From assembly GCA_013239625.1 (NCBI GenBank), contig MU053574.1, positions 433,844 to 497,843 of the forward strand: a stretch of DNA of 64,000 bases, written 5' to 3'. Source of the DNA: Lama guanicoe (lineage: Eukaryota). The translations under genes and the position numbers were made by a program. Under the pieces are notes generated by a model. It saw nothing but the letters and a program-made list of their open reading frames with translations. It did not search any database and was not told the DNA's origin. Positions 12,241-23,741 of the stretch are shown here, one piece after another; within the stretch, counting starts at the first letter, position 1; each line of letters begins with the position of its first letter.

Positions 12241-15200
12241 AAAGTCACATAGCCAGCTTGAATGACTGTGATTTGAACTGTGTTATGTTTAAATCCACTA
12301 ACAACCCACGTAACTGTCACTTGCTTATGTGTTGTTCTAATGCTTGGGAGACCGCACTGCCGCCGGCCACAACCACCATCATCACCATCATTATGTCATC
12401 TACTCTTGCTTACACAGAGCCCGCACAGGAAGTGTCCTGAAAGTCTGAAGGAATGTTCTAGAAGTGTGTTTCGGGACCTCAGGGGAAAGATTTCTTGCCC
12501 ACTGCCTTGGGTAACTGGGTAGCTCTTGTGAAGAAGTGGCTGAATTCTCAGCATCCTACCATCAACCAAAATACAACCCAGATAGGATGAAAGCAGTAGC
12601 AGACTAGAAGCAAATACACTCAAGTCTGTTTTAAATGCTCAGATCTGAGGACGGCATTTCTAAGCACGAGCTTAAAGCCATAAAACTTTTTAAAAAAACT
12701 GATGGGCTTAAAAAAAATTGATAGACTTCACATAAAAATACGTATTTTTCTCTTGTGATAAAACAAAATTCAAAATTCTGTCCTGCAGTAGAATGCTGTT
12801 AACAAAAGCCTGTGTTAGAATGGCTCCTCCGATGTTCATCTATGAATTTACTGATAAAGTTGGGAGAAGGTCCTCAGATCTCTCTCCTCCAGTGGTCATC
12901 CTAGCGGGCACATTGATTTACTAATTAGGCTGTGATTTCACCTTATTGGCAGTGAAAGTGGCATCTGCCTGTCCTGCTGGGTAATCCAGCCTGGTACCCG
13001 AGGGGGGTTATTCAGCCTTCACTACAAGGGAGTTCCCTGTGGCTAGATAAACTGATCTGTTGCTTGGTAACTACAGGATTACTCCGGTGGATGCTCAGGA
13101 CGCCCATTTGAGAGGGGTTTGGGTATCTGGAGGGCAAGGAGGGCAAGAAAGTTGGCAAGTTTCTGAGAGGACTGCAGCTTGGCAGGAGGAAGAACCAAGG
13201 CCACATGTGCCCGTGGTGGGCATGGGTTTATAGTGTTTTATCTTCCCATCTGTACTTTGCCTGTTTCAGCACTGGGACCAGAACAAAGGGAAAGCAGGGA
13301 GTGAGCTGGCCAAGGGAAAGGTGGGTCCCATCGGGGTGGCTGCAGGGTTGACCCCAAGGTTGTTCCCCCTGAGGACAAGGTCTGAGTCTGGAAAGTGTGA
13401 CCCTGCTTGCTTTCTGGACTGCCACTCGGGGTTTGAGTTTGAGTCCCAAGTCGAAAGCCCGTTGACTAGAGTAAAATCATAGAATGGCTAGGAAAATTTG
13501 AGACCGTAACCTCAAGGCAAGGAGGACCATCTAACAGCATCCTCTACCGCACTGTGGACTTGAAGACCCTTCATAAATATTCCTGTTCAGTGGCGCAGCA
13601 CACCCACCAGAGGTTACCTTCCCGGCCCCAGACCTGGCTGAATTTGGGAAGGGACAGATTTTGCGTGACTTGGAGGCAGACCGAGTGGTGTGTGTGTGCG
13701 TGTGCACAACAGTGTGTTGCATACCTTTGTGCGGCCTTTTGTGCCGTGTCCTCCGCTCTGCCTGGTGGGGTGGCGGGCTCAGCCCCAGGCGGCCCCCGCG
13801 CTCCGGGCGCCTTGCAGGCAGTCGGCCTGCCAGTCGCCCAGATGCGACTCTGGTGATTTACTCTGCATTACTGGTGGCAGGAGTCGTCATTGAAGTGGTG
13901 GCTCTTCTGCCAGGGAGGATATTTTGACTGAAATTTTGCATATTTTGAAACTCGGGTTGTTACGCTTAAAATTATACATGTTGTGAGTACCAGGCTTCAA
14001 ACAAGGCGGGGAGAAGCAGCATTCCTTCCTGTCAGAACCTTCTCACTCTGTCTGTCACGTCGCCCGACTAAAAATAAACTACAAGCCCCAGAACTGGCAG
14101 CCTTCCTTTGGAGCAGGTTTGCTGTGTTCACTGCAGGCCTGTCGCTTCCCCGCCACACGTGGGCCCCCGAGGTGCGGACCTTCGCCCGGGACATGGGCGC
14201 ACAGAGTCCACAGGGCAGCGTCCTGCTCTTTACGAAAGGGTGAGGTGATCACAGAGCACCGGCCCCGCTGCCAGGGCTCCAGAGTCGGTCCTGGCTCCTG
14301 TGTGGCCTGGGGGCAGTCGCTTGGCATCTCTGGACTCCAGCTGCCTCGTGTGTAGCTGTGATTGCCTGCAGCCCCCGTGCCAGCCGCCAGCCTCTGTGTC
14401 TTGTTCCCTTTTTACAAAGCCTCGTGAGTGTCGTTCTGAGTGGCATCCCCATTTTCCAGATGAGAAAGCCCAAGTCACAGACGGGTCCGTGTCCTGCATC
14501 CCTGGCCCCAGCAGCTCCTCCCCCCTCAGTTGTCCTCTCTCCCTTCTCTCCTCACTCTGTCATCTGGCCTCCACCCCACCATCGTCCCACCAGAACAGTC
14601 CTGTGAGACCATGAAGGGCTCTTCTGGGTCAAACCATGGTCACTTGTCAGCCTTGACCCTGCTGGACCTTCCTGTCCCCTCCATTGTCCATCTGGGACTG
14701 GCAGCCCAGGGGGAAGAGCTCGGCCGTGTCCGTCCGCGCTCTGTTCGCACCTGGGCTTCTGCTCTGAGGGTGGGCTTGGGGAGGTTACCTCCCCTCTTCC
14801 AGGCTTTGTTTCCTCGTCTGTAAAGTGAGACGGTGATCACACGTACCTCATCGAGGGAAGGGCACGTGAGATGACGTAGAACCCAGACAGTGCTTCCCTG
14901 TGTACCTGTGGTCTCACGAAGTCCCTGTCCTGTACACGTGCTCTTGCTACAAATGTCCGGCCCTTGATTATCGGCCCTGTTACCCGCTTGCCCCAGATCT
15001 TTTCCCCAGCGCAGGATGACTTTGCAGTTCTCCCTCTTTGTCACAGCAGAATCCACTGTGTGACTGACGGAGCCCTGGCCCCGCTGTCACTTGCACCCCA
15101 CCCTCTGCAGGTGAGTTTGAAGAGACGAGGTAGCTTTAACCTGGTTATGATGGGGTCCCTTCCATAATCAGTACAATAGCACAGATTCGTCCTGTTTTAA

Positions 15201-16190
15201 TTCCTGGGCTTCAGAGGAGTTCTGTTATATTTGCTTCTAGTCCAGTTTATCCTCTGATTTTTACAGCAAAGAAAATGCTGTAAATATAAGTAGCAGAGGG
15301 TAACATCTGCCTTTTGCAAGAAGCCAAGACTGCCACGTCGGGCGGCGTAGCAAGATGAATTCAGTGGTAACCACTCTGCTGTTTGGTGAAAATCCTGTCT
15401 CAGGAAACGTTGTTTTACCCTTCAATTTTCATAATCATTTTTCCTGTGTCCCGCGCTGAACTTCTACAAATTTCCCCCTCTGATCTTCTGATCAAATAAA
15501 TGATAAGGCCGCTGTCTTTTGAAAACAGCTGCTGGGATTCATCACCTGAAATTGATTTTCAGCCCTTGGCGGCTCCCGGGTGGGCTGGGGCAGGGAGGCC
15601 CTCCCTCCGCCCCCGGGGCTGTGGTCTGTCCCGGGTGCCAGTGCTGACGTCTCCCCAAGCGCTCCTGGGTCTGGGTTTTGCGGGGGTAGGAAGTAATTTA
15701 CAAGGGTCTCTTCAGCCAGTGAAGAGGTGTCTGCGGCTGACGCCCCCCCCCACCGTGGCCGCCAGGTCCCCAGGAGGAGGCTGATTGCCTTGAACTGCAG
15801 GGGGGTCTCCAGGAGCCTCGGCTCAGTGTTGCCGAGTTCCAAGGCGGGTTTCTCCCCCATCCTTTCGCAAACTGCTGTATCACACACCTCGTTTGCCATC
15901 AGAGTACGAGTGTGTTTCATTCTTTTTTTCCCCATGAAAACAACACAGAACAAAGCCTCACTTTTAAAAATGCCATGGTATTTTGCCACCGTTATGAAAA
16001 TCTGTCAGCACCGTATCTAATCTTCTTGTGCATAGAATATCAAAACATCGCTATTGAAGGGGCTGCACTTCTGTTAATGCAAAAATGTCAGTTCCACAGC
16101 CTCGGAACCAGCTGCTCACAGCCGCTTCCAAATGGGAAAGAAAAAAAATAATAAAGTTTTCTTTCCTCCTCTGCTGCTATTGTTCTTCAG

Positions 16191-16404
16191 GCCCGACCTT
16201 CAGAGGAGGACCCAGAGCAGACACCGCCTCGCTGAAATCTTGCGCTCAGAATACTCAAGTGGGATGGAGACCAGCGTCGCCAAGGTCAAAAAGCAAAGCG
16301 AGTGCGCGGGGCCGGGCAGCCAGCGCCCAGCCTCGGCCGTGGGAAAAAAGCAAGCCCAAAAGCCTCACGGAGGGACTGCGAGACTTCCCAGGAAGTATTT
16401 GTAA
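16191..16404 (+). CDS. DDX31: DDX31 terminal coding exon
   Basis: Polypyrimidine tract and ttcttcag| acceptor. AG+G rebuilds Arg, then PDLQRRTQSRHRLAEILRSEYSSGMETSVAKVKKQ...KYL*. LAEILRSEYSSGME matches the recalled mammalian DDX31 tail. Confidence 0.88.
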
Positions 16405-16851
16405 ACTCTGCGTCCACAGGACGGGGCCTGAGTGGATCCCGGAGCTGGCGTCCTGTTCTCGTCTGAGCGGCCTTGTGGGAACTAACAGTGTGGCCTTCCC
16501 CGCTGACTCGTCCCTGAGACTGAGCACAGCCCAGAGCAGGGCTGGGGGTCAGCACAGGCCGGATTAGCTGAGCAGCCTGTCTTGTATTTACTCCATCAAG
16601 GCAAGACGCTCAGCGACACCCAGAGATCGCATGGTGCCCCCACGACTTAACGTGAAAACCTAGGGTCCTGCGAGCCAGCCAGGGACTTGACCCTGCCTGT
16701 GACGATGTTCTGTAAAGCATCCCAGTTTACTTTAACCTGCCCTCTCAACACCTCTGTTGGCAGGAAATAGGGTTTTTAAAACTAGAATTGACTCTGTAAA
16801 GAAAGAGAAAAAACTCTTTATCCGATCATTTTCTTGATGCACAAATGCTTT

Positions 16852-16857
16852 ATTAAA
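16852..16857 (+). terminator. Candidate DDX31 poly(A) signal ATTAAA (alternatives AATAAA at 17200 and 17642)
   Basis: First poly(A) hexamer I found after the stop codon. Usage cannot be proven from sequence. Confidence 0.4.
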
Positions 16858-19800
16858 AAGGACCACAGGAGTGTTCGGTGCGGGTCAGAAGCGACGCCAG
16901 GGTGCCCTGCTTTCCGCCCGCAGGCTGTTCGGAGCCCCCTGTCACGTTCACACGCCTTGCGCTCTCCTTCTGGTCCAGGGAGAACACACTTTCTCAGGAC
17001 AGTTGATTTACTGTTGCTTTTTTATTATTTGCCTTCGAAGACCAGAGGCATCAGTGTCCTGAGCGTTTTCTCCGCTCGAATCCCATCTTGTCTTTGAAAA
17101 AGGTCTGGGGTCCGGCCTGTGGCCAGGCTGCAGCGGCCCCTCCCCCATTTTGTTTTCTGCGAGGTTTGAAAGAGGACCCCCGGGGCATATTGATTTCCCA
17201 ATAAATGTAAGATTTGGACACGGGTAACTCCAGAGGGGTCCAAAGGAGAAGAGAGTAAAAGCCTGACCCTCTCCATCCATCCGTCTGTCTGTTCTTTTCT
17301 CTCCACTTTTCCTCCTGTTATCCATTTAAAAATCCAGCCTCCTCCTCCTCTGAAGTTACTGGCACAGGGGTGGAGGCCCCGCTTCAGTAGCCCCTCCAGC
17401 TCCACACGAACTGAAGGGAGGGAGAGGATCTCGAGAGTTGTCGGGGCGTCCTTCCCTCCATCCCTGTCTGGTAGCCGCAGCCAGCCATCAGACGTAAGTG
17501 AACTTCAGCTGAGGACTCGTGAGGTTTAGCGTGAGCCTGGAAGCACTGGTCCTCTGCAGGAGGGAAAAAGTGACCTCTCAGAGCCGGCTATCACACAGAA
17601 ATTAATAGGGGCAGTTGATGAAATCTGTAACAATAATAATAAATAAACCTGTAGCACATGTCATACTGACTTTGGGCAAATCTGCCTCCTTATATTTTGA
17701 TGTGTGATGGTCCACACGATTTGGATGAGAAAAGGAGGGATCAAACTTTATAAAGACAACCCAGCCTTGTGAGAAACAGGATTAACGCCAGTGATGGGGG
17801 TGATCAAAGAGAAACCCTACTCTCCCCTCCCCCTCATAGTACTCATTCCATTAAAGGGTGAATCCACAGAGTTCGGCATTCCTCGGGGGAGAAGTGCCAG
17901 AAGCTTGCAAGGCATGTAAGTGACTATAATTCTGCGATGGAAACTTACACTTAATTTGCTACCACTGAGGTGAGGGTTTCTTGCCATAGATGTTATGTGG
18001 GTCTGTTTCTAAGCAGAATCAATATATTACCCCCAGTTAATAAAGAAATATGGATTTAGCAGATTTAGGGTTAATATTAACTAAATTTAAATAACCTTAA
18101 AATAAATCTCTTTCTTATTATGGCTCTTGACAGATTATACATTTCAGGCATCAATTAGGCAAAGCTTTAGCCTAATTCCACTGTACATATTCTAATTTTG
18201 TGTGTCTTTCTAATTGAGCCTCTCCTGATTTCCCAAACTTACCTCTTTCTCTGTGGCACAAGCCTGATCCTCACATTTAAGTCACAGAGAACTGGGGCAT
18301 TTCATGGAATGTTGCAGCCAAAAGCGTTTTGCCCTCGTGGGCTTGTAAAATGCTTTTTTTTTTTAGTCCCAGACATCTTCATGTCTGCAGTCCTCAGTGG
18401 CTGCACATCTTCAGAGGGGCCCCCATTCTCACGCACCGAAGGGCAAAGAGCCCTTGGTGAGTGATTAAGGCAGCGCTGATGCAATGCAAACAGCATTTTC
18501 CACTCTTAGAAGAGCAGAGCCAACCAGATCTCAGCAAAGGACATTTTGACAAAGCCTGGTTCCTTTGATTTTTTTTTTCCCCTGTAGCGAAGGGAGGCAA
18601 GATTTAGGGAAGAGAGGGGAGTAAATGAGCACCCCTTAAGGCAGGTGTTCCCAAACTGCTATGCCCTCTCTACTTAGCCCTTCAGCCCCTCAACGGAAAG
18701 TCAGCAGAAGCCATTAAAATCCAAATACCGCTTCCAGGAGGCAGAAATTTAAGGCTTTTTTCCACTGGAGAAGTTGCCCTGCTTGCAAAGGGCGCTTCAC
18801 GGGTCTTGTTAAATTGCCTGCATGACCATTACACCTTATCTCTTAATCTGCTCCGTCGGAGGAAAAATTTAGAGCAAAGCCTGTCCAAGTGGGGGCAGTG
18901 AGGCACCCGGAAAATCAGCTCGACTTCTTAAAAATGTCCAGAAGCCTTGCAGGGAGGCCCATCGGGGAATCTAGACTTCTTTTCAACTTTGTTGCCCCGT
19001 TGAGTCTAGGCTTATAAGGAGGGTGGGGGTGGGTCATTGGAGCAGCAGAGGGGACACCCTTCTGGGCGCCCCTCCTATTGTTCTGCACTCTGGGGGTCTC
19101 ACACATGCATTTTTGTTTTTCCTTTCTCCAATGAGAGTTCCCCCAGCCCCAGGGTTGGGAACAGAGAAACCAATTTAGCCTTCTAAATGGATGAAAAGCA
19201 TCCTCACTGCCAAGGTTGTAAAGTTATTATTACAGATGGCAAGTGCAGGACAATTTAAAATATTGTAATTATAAACTTGTAGGGAGGCCTTGTTCTTCAT
19301 TAATGTAAGATATGAAATCGCCTCCGAGGAACAAGGACAATTACATAGTTGAGAATGTGTCGGTGATTTACACTGCCGCTGTGTAAATGTAAGGGTGGTT
19401 CTCCAGCCTACCTCCTTCTCTCTCACAAAATGAAAAGCACACCAGTGCAAGTTGTCCTTTGATAGATTTTTAATATGATTTTAAAGAGTTTTGTTTGGTC
19501 TCATTCTTATTCAATGAGATTAATTTAAAGCACTTATCCCCTGGGTTTAAGTCAATCCATGTAGGATTTGGGCAGGGTTTGTTGCACTGGGGGGTTTTGT
19601 TTGCAGGAGGCTATGAGAGACTCCTTTCCCACTTCATTAACCCTGGGTTGGGGACAGTCTCCCCCTCAACCCCCACCACAGCCGGAGTTGGGGATTTACC
19701 GGCCCCCATTCACATGCAAAAGAACTTGAAAGCCGAGGGAGCTCCTAGACTTAATCAGCTGCTGTGCATTTTGCAAAATTAGAATAATACCCTCACCATC

Positions 19801-20822
19801 CCAAGAAAGAAAAACGAGGTGTGAGAGTATTGGGGGCCGGGGAGGAAACAGTAGCAGGGTCCAGGGTGGGGGGAGTTAAGAGTTTAAACATAAGCCCACC
19901 TCTCCTTCACCAGGCAGCCCTCTTCCAGAGCAACCCTGCCGCAAAACGGGGGTGGGGGGCTTCAGCTTGCTGAGCCCCCAAACTTCCCAGCCCTGGGCGT
20001 GTCCTGGGAGTTCGAGCTGCAGGTGGTGTGTGGGAGGGGAGCACCTGAGCCCACCTCCCCAGAGAGGGACAGCCTCCGGAGGTGACCTTGGCTCTCCGTG
20101 AACGGGAGCCTGGAGTCTGGCTGGAAACTTAAACCCCTCCCCTGAGACCCTGGGGCCGCAGGCTGGGGCTCCGCGGCAGACGCTGGGGTTTGGCTCCCCT
20201 CTGGGTCTCACCCCCAGCGTCCTCCGTGGGTGAAAGGAGAAGTGAGAAGATGCGGGAGTCGGGGTTACCCTGCGAGGCGTCAGGTTCCCAGCGAAGGTTC
20301 TTCGCGTCTTACCCGGCGCGGGGAGCTGGGAGCCGCGCCGGCGCCCGCGAGCGGCCGGAGCCGAGCGCGGCCGGGGCGCGGGGCGCAGGGGCCGGCGGGG
20401 GGAGTCGCCTCGGAGCCCATCTGTCGGCCCCCGCGCCCGACGGGCCGGTCACCAGCTGCCGGCGTCCTTGTTGCGGCCAGATGAGCCGGCTCAGCGAGGG
20501 CACCGGAGCCCGGCCCGCAGCCGAGCGAGCCCGCGTGCTGACCCCCACCCTGGCCCCCGGGACCGGCTGCGAGCAGCGAGGAACCAGATGGAGAGGCGGG
20601 GGAGGTGGGGGAGCAGCCTGCTCCCCTCACTATAAAGATAGGAAGACTGAGGCCGGGGAGGGAGACCCCCGCCCACCACCACAGCACCAAGGAAGAGCGC
20701 GAGACAAGGATTTCCTTACTGAGGGTGGAAAGAGTCCGAGCCCCAGGTGGGGAAAATGAATCTTGAGGAGTAGTAGGGAAGAAGGGCCGAGCGGGGACAG
20801 GCGCCTGGTCATTTGTAAGAAG

Positions 20823-20828
20823 TTTATT
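20823..20828 (-). terminator. BARHL1 poly(A) signal AATAAA
   Basis: TTTATT on the plus strand, about 680 nt past the stop codon. Confidence 0.65.
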
Positions 20829-21505
20829 TCCACATTTAAAAAAGAACCCGAGGGGCCTGGCTGCCCCTGGACGCAGGCTGGAGGTGAGGGCTGGGGGTCG
20901 GGGTAGGTGGGCAAGTCCCCTGGACCCTTCCTGCACCGCCTGGGAGCGGGTGGGCACAGGCCACAAACTCACTGATTCACGGACACAGTCACGGGCTCAT
21001 GGGTCACGAATAAATAACTTCATATACACTTTGCACACGGTATGTACAGCTCGGCCGCCGGCCCTGGCGCGGGGGGAGGGGCTGCGGGGAGGCTCCACAT
21101 TCCCCTTCTCCTACACGTCGGGGGTGCGCAGAGAGGACTCGGTGTGCAGCTGGAGCGTGGAGGGGGAGGGGAGGGTGCAGCATGGGGGTCGCCCCACCTG
21201 CTCCCGGGAGGGGCGAGGGGCCGTGCCTGGGGCAGGGAGCTGAGGGATGGATGCACATCCGGCGGTGGAAGTGGCTCGCTGATGGAGTGGCGGGGAGACA
21301 GAGGGCGCCCAGGAGGGTGAGGGAGATTCAGTCCGGGGGTCCGGGCCTCAGAAGACTTGGCATTTGGCCCTTCTGGGGACACTAGGCTGTACGCCAGGGA
21401 GGGCCGGACAGGGGCCCCCGGGAAGGGGCGTTGAAACCCCGCGCCCTCCCGGAGGCAGGCGGAAGGGGCCAGCGCGGAGCGCCGGGTGCGCCTCGAGCCG
21501 GCGCT

Positions 21506-21800
21506 TCACCGAGGCTGCGCGGCGCGCGGGAGGACGCCGGCCAGCGGGGGCAGCGGCGGGGGCGGCTCGCTGGCGCCCTGGAGTCCGTGGATGAGGATAC
21601 GGGGCACCAGAGGTCTCTGCAGAGCGGGCGGCGGCGCGCTGGGCCCGCGGTACAGATACAGTGCGGCGCCGGGATCTAGGTTGGAAACGAGACTCTGCGG
21701 GTAGAAATAAGGCGACGGGAACATCCGCTGGAGCGCTGAGTAATTGCCTGCCTCCGCCAGCAGCTCCAACCCGACGGCAGTCTGTCGCTTCCATTTAGTC
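21506..21800 (-). CDS. BARHL1: BARHL1 coding exon 3
   Basis: Acceptor ccctag|. (R)TKWKRQTAVGLELLAEAGNYSALQRMFPSPYFYP...AAQPR*; 295 nt. The three exons total 984 nt, giving 327 aa. Confidence 0.97.
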
Positions 21801-21919
21801 CTAGGGACCGGAAAGAAAGGTGTAAGGCGGGGTCAGAACTGTGGCACCCTGACACCCCTGCCTCTCAGGAGTGCTTGTCCCGGAGCCCCTGCAGGGAGTC
21901 CAAGAGGGATCACACGAAT

Positions 21920-22095
21920 TCGTTCATAAATAACGTTTTCGCATGTTACAGGCATCAACTCCTTTAATCTTCCACCAGCCACCCATGGCTGTTATCCCCA
22001 CTTTACAGATAAGAAAATTGAGGCACGGGCCAGTTTTCAAGATGGCCTAGAAAGAGGATATGCACATTCTAAGCCAGGCTGTTTTATCCCTAAGC
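21920..22095 (-). mobile_element. MIR SINE in BARHL1 intron 2
   Basis: TTATCCCCACTTTACAGATAAGAAAATTGAGGCAC core. Confidence 0.65.
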
Positions 22096-23426
22096 TGGGA
22101 ATCTAACCTTGCCATACCCTGCTCAAGGGATCGCAGTCAGGGCCCTTGGAGTGGAGTGTTGGAGTTCCCCTGTGCATCTGTCCCCTAGGGAGGCCCTCGG
22201 AAGGCAAGACTGCCCTGGAGAGGACGGCGGGGCCCCGGGCGCCGGTCTGCTCTCCGTGGAAGGGGGCGCGGTTGGTCCAGACGCACCGCCAGAGGCGGAG
22301 GCCAGCACCGCCGCGGTACCCCAGTTGGCGGCGCTTCTTTGGAAGCACGCGGGCTGGAGACTGCGGCTGGAGACGATGCTGGGGAGGATCCGTGCTCACC
22401 TCTCCACCAAGTGCCCGCACCCCCTGCACTCCGCACGCAGGTCGGAGGCTTGTGGGGAGCCCTGCGTTCCGTCTGGTCCGGAAGCCAGGAAGCCACAAAG
22501 GGAATGTAGGCCGGGGTTTGCGGAAGACCGGAAAGCCGAGGCCAAGCTGGTTGCCAGGGCTGCTGTGGCTGGACTCGTGGGTGCACCTGACCAGCGAGGC
22601 GGTCCCACTGAGTCCGACTCAGCCACACCAACCCCGTTTCCCTCTGTGAATTATTCATCATCATCATAATTGTGTAATTACTGTAACGGGCCTTAATTAT
22701 TGATGCCTGGAGCAGTAATCGGTATTTATTATTAATGGGGCAACGTGTTCTGAGGCTTGTTTATGGAAAGCACCATTCTGGCCTCCTCCACTAAGAGTGT
22801 GTGCGTGACTGTGGGTGTGTTTGTATTACTTCGTGAGTTGTGCAGATGGATGTGAGTGTGTGACTGTGGGCTGAGTGTGTATTTTGTATGTGTTTATCTT
22901 CATCCTGTGAATGTGTTGGGGAGGGAGGTTAGGAAACACCAGTTTCAAGACTTAGTGCCCAGCACCAATTTCCCATTCAACCAGTCACACAGTCCCCAAG
23001 GAGCTAGGGCTGGGCCCCTTCCCTCCTCAGGTTTCAGGTACTAGAAAGGGTGGGGAGGCCAGAAGAATCCTGGGAGAGCTTAGAGCCACCCCGTATGCCC
23101 CCAAGCAGCTGCCTGGGCTGTCTGGGCTGGTGGTAGGACCTGGCTGGGGTGAGGCAGGCCTTGGATCTCCACTGGCCCACGTGTTTGTGCATCTGTCCTG
23201 GGCACTGGAGACCGAATCTTGCCCTGTGTCTCTCCCTCACTGTGGACTTTGGGGAAGGCCTTCTCTCCCTGAGGCCTGTTTCCCCACTTTCCCCCTTTTT
23301 ATAGAATGAGGAAAGCTCAGGAGCCCTCCCTTAGTGAGTCAGGCCATGCCCTGATGGGTCCTGTCCTGGGGCAGGGAGGAGAGGGGAGGGGGCCATTTCT
23401 GCCCCCTGCTGCGCAGCCGGGTCTCA

Positions 23427-23741
<315 letters not shown>

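Larger units (their letters stand above)
20250..21800. promoter_or_regulatory. CpG island over BARHL1 exon 3, 3'UTR and downstream flank
   Basis: Dense CpG and GC; boundaries estimated by eye. Confidence 0.75.

Noticed and set aside
20190..20972. Long overlapping ORFs (189 and 230 aa) downstream of BARHL1
   Set aside because: CpG-island DNA is poor in stop codons; the products are low-complexity Pro/Arg/Gly/Ala with no recognisable domain.
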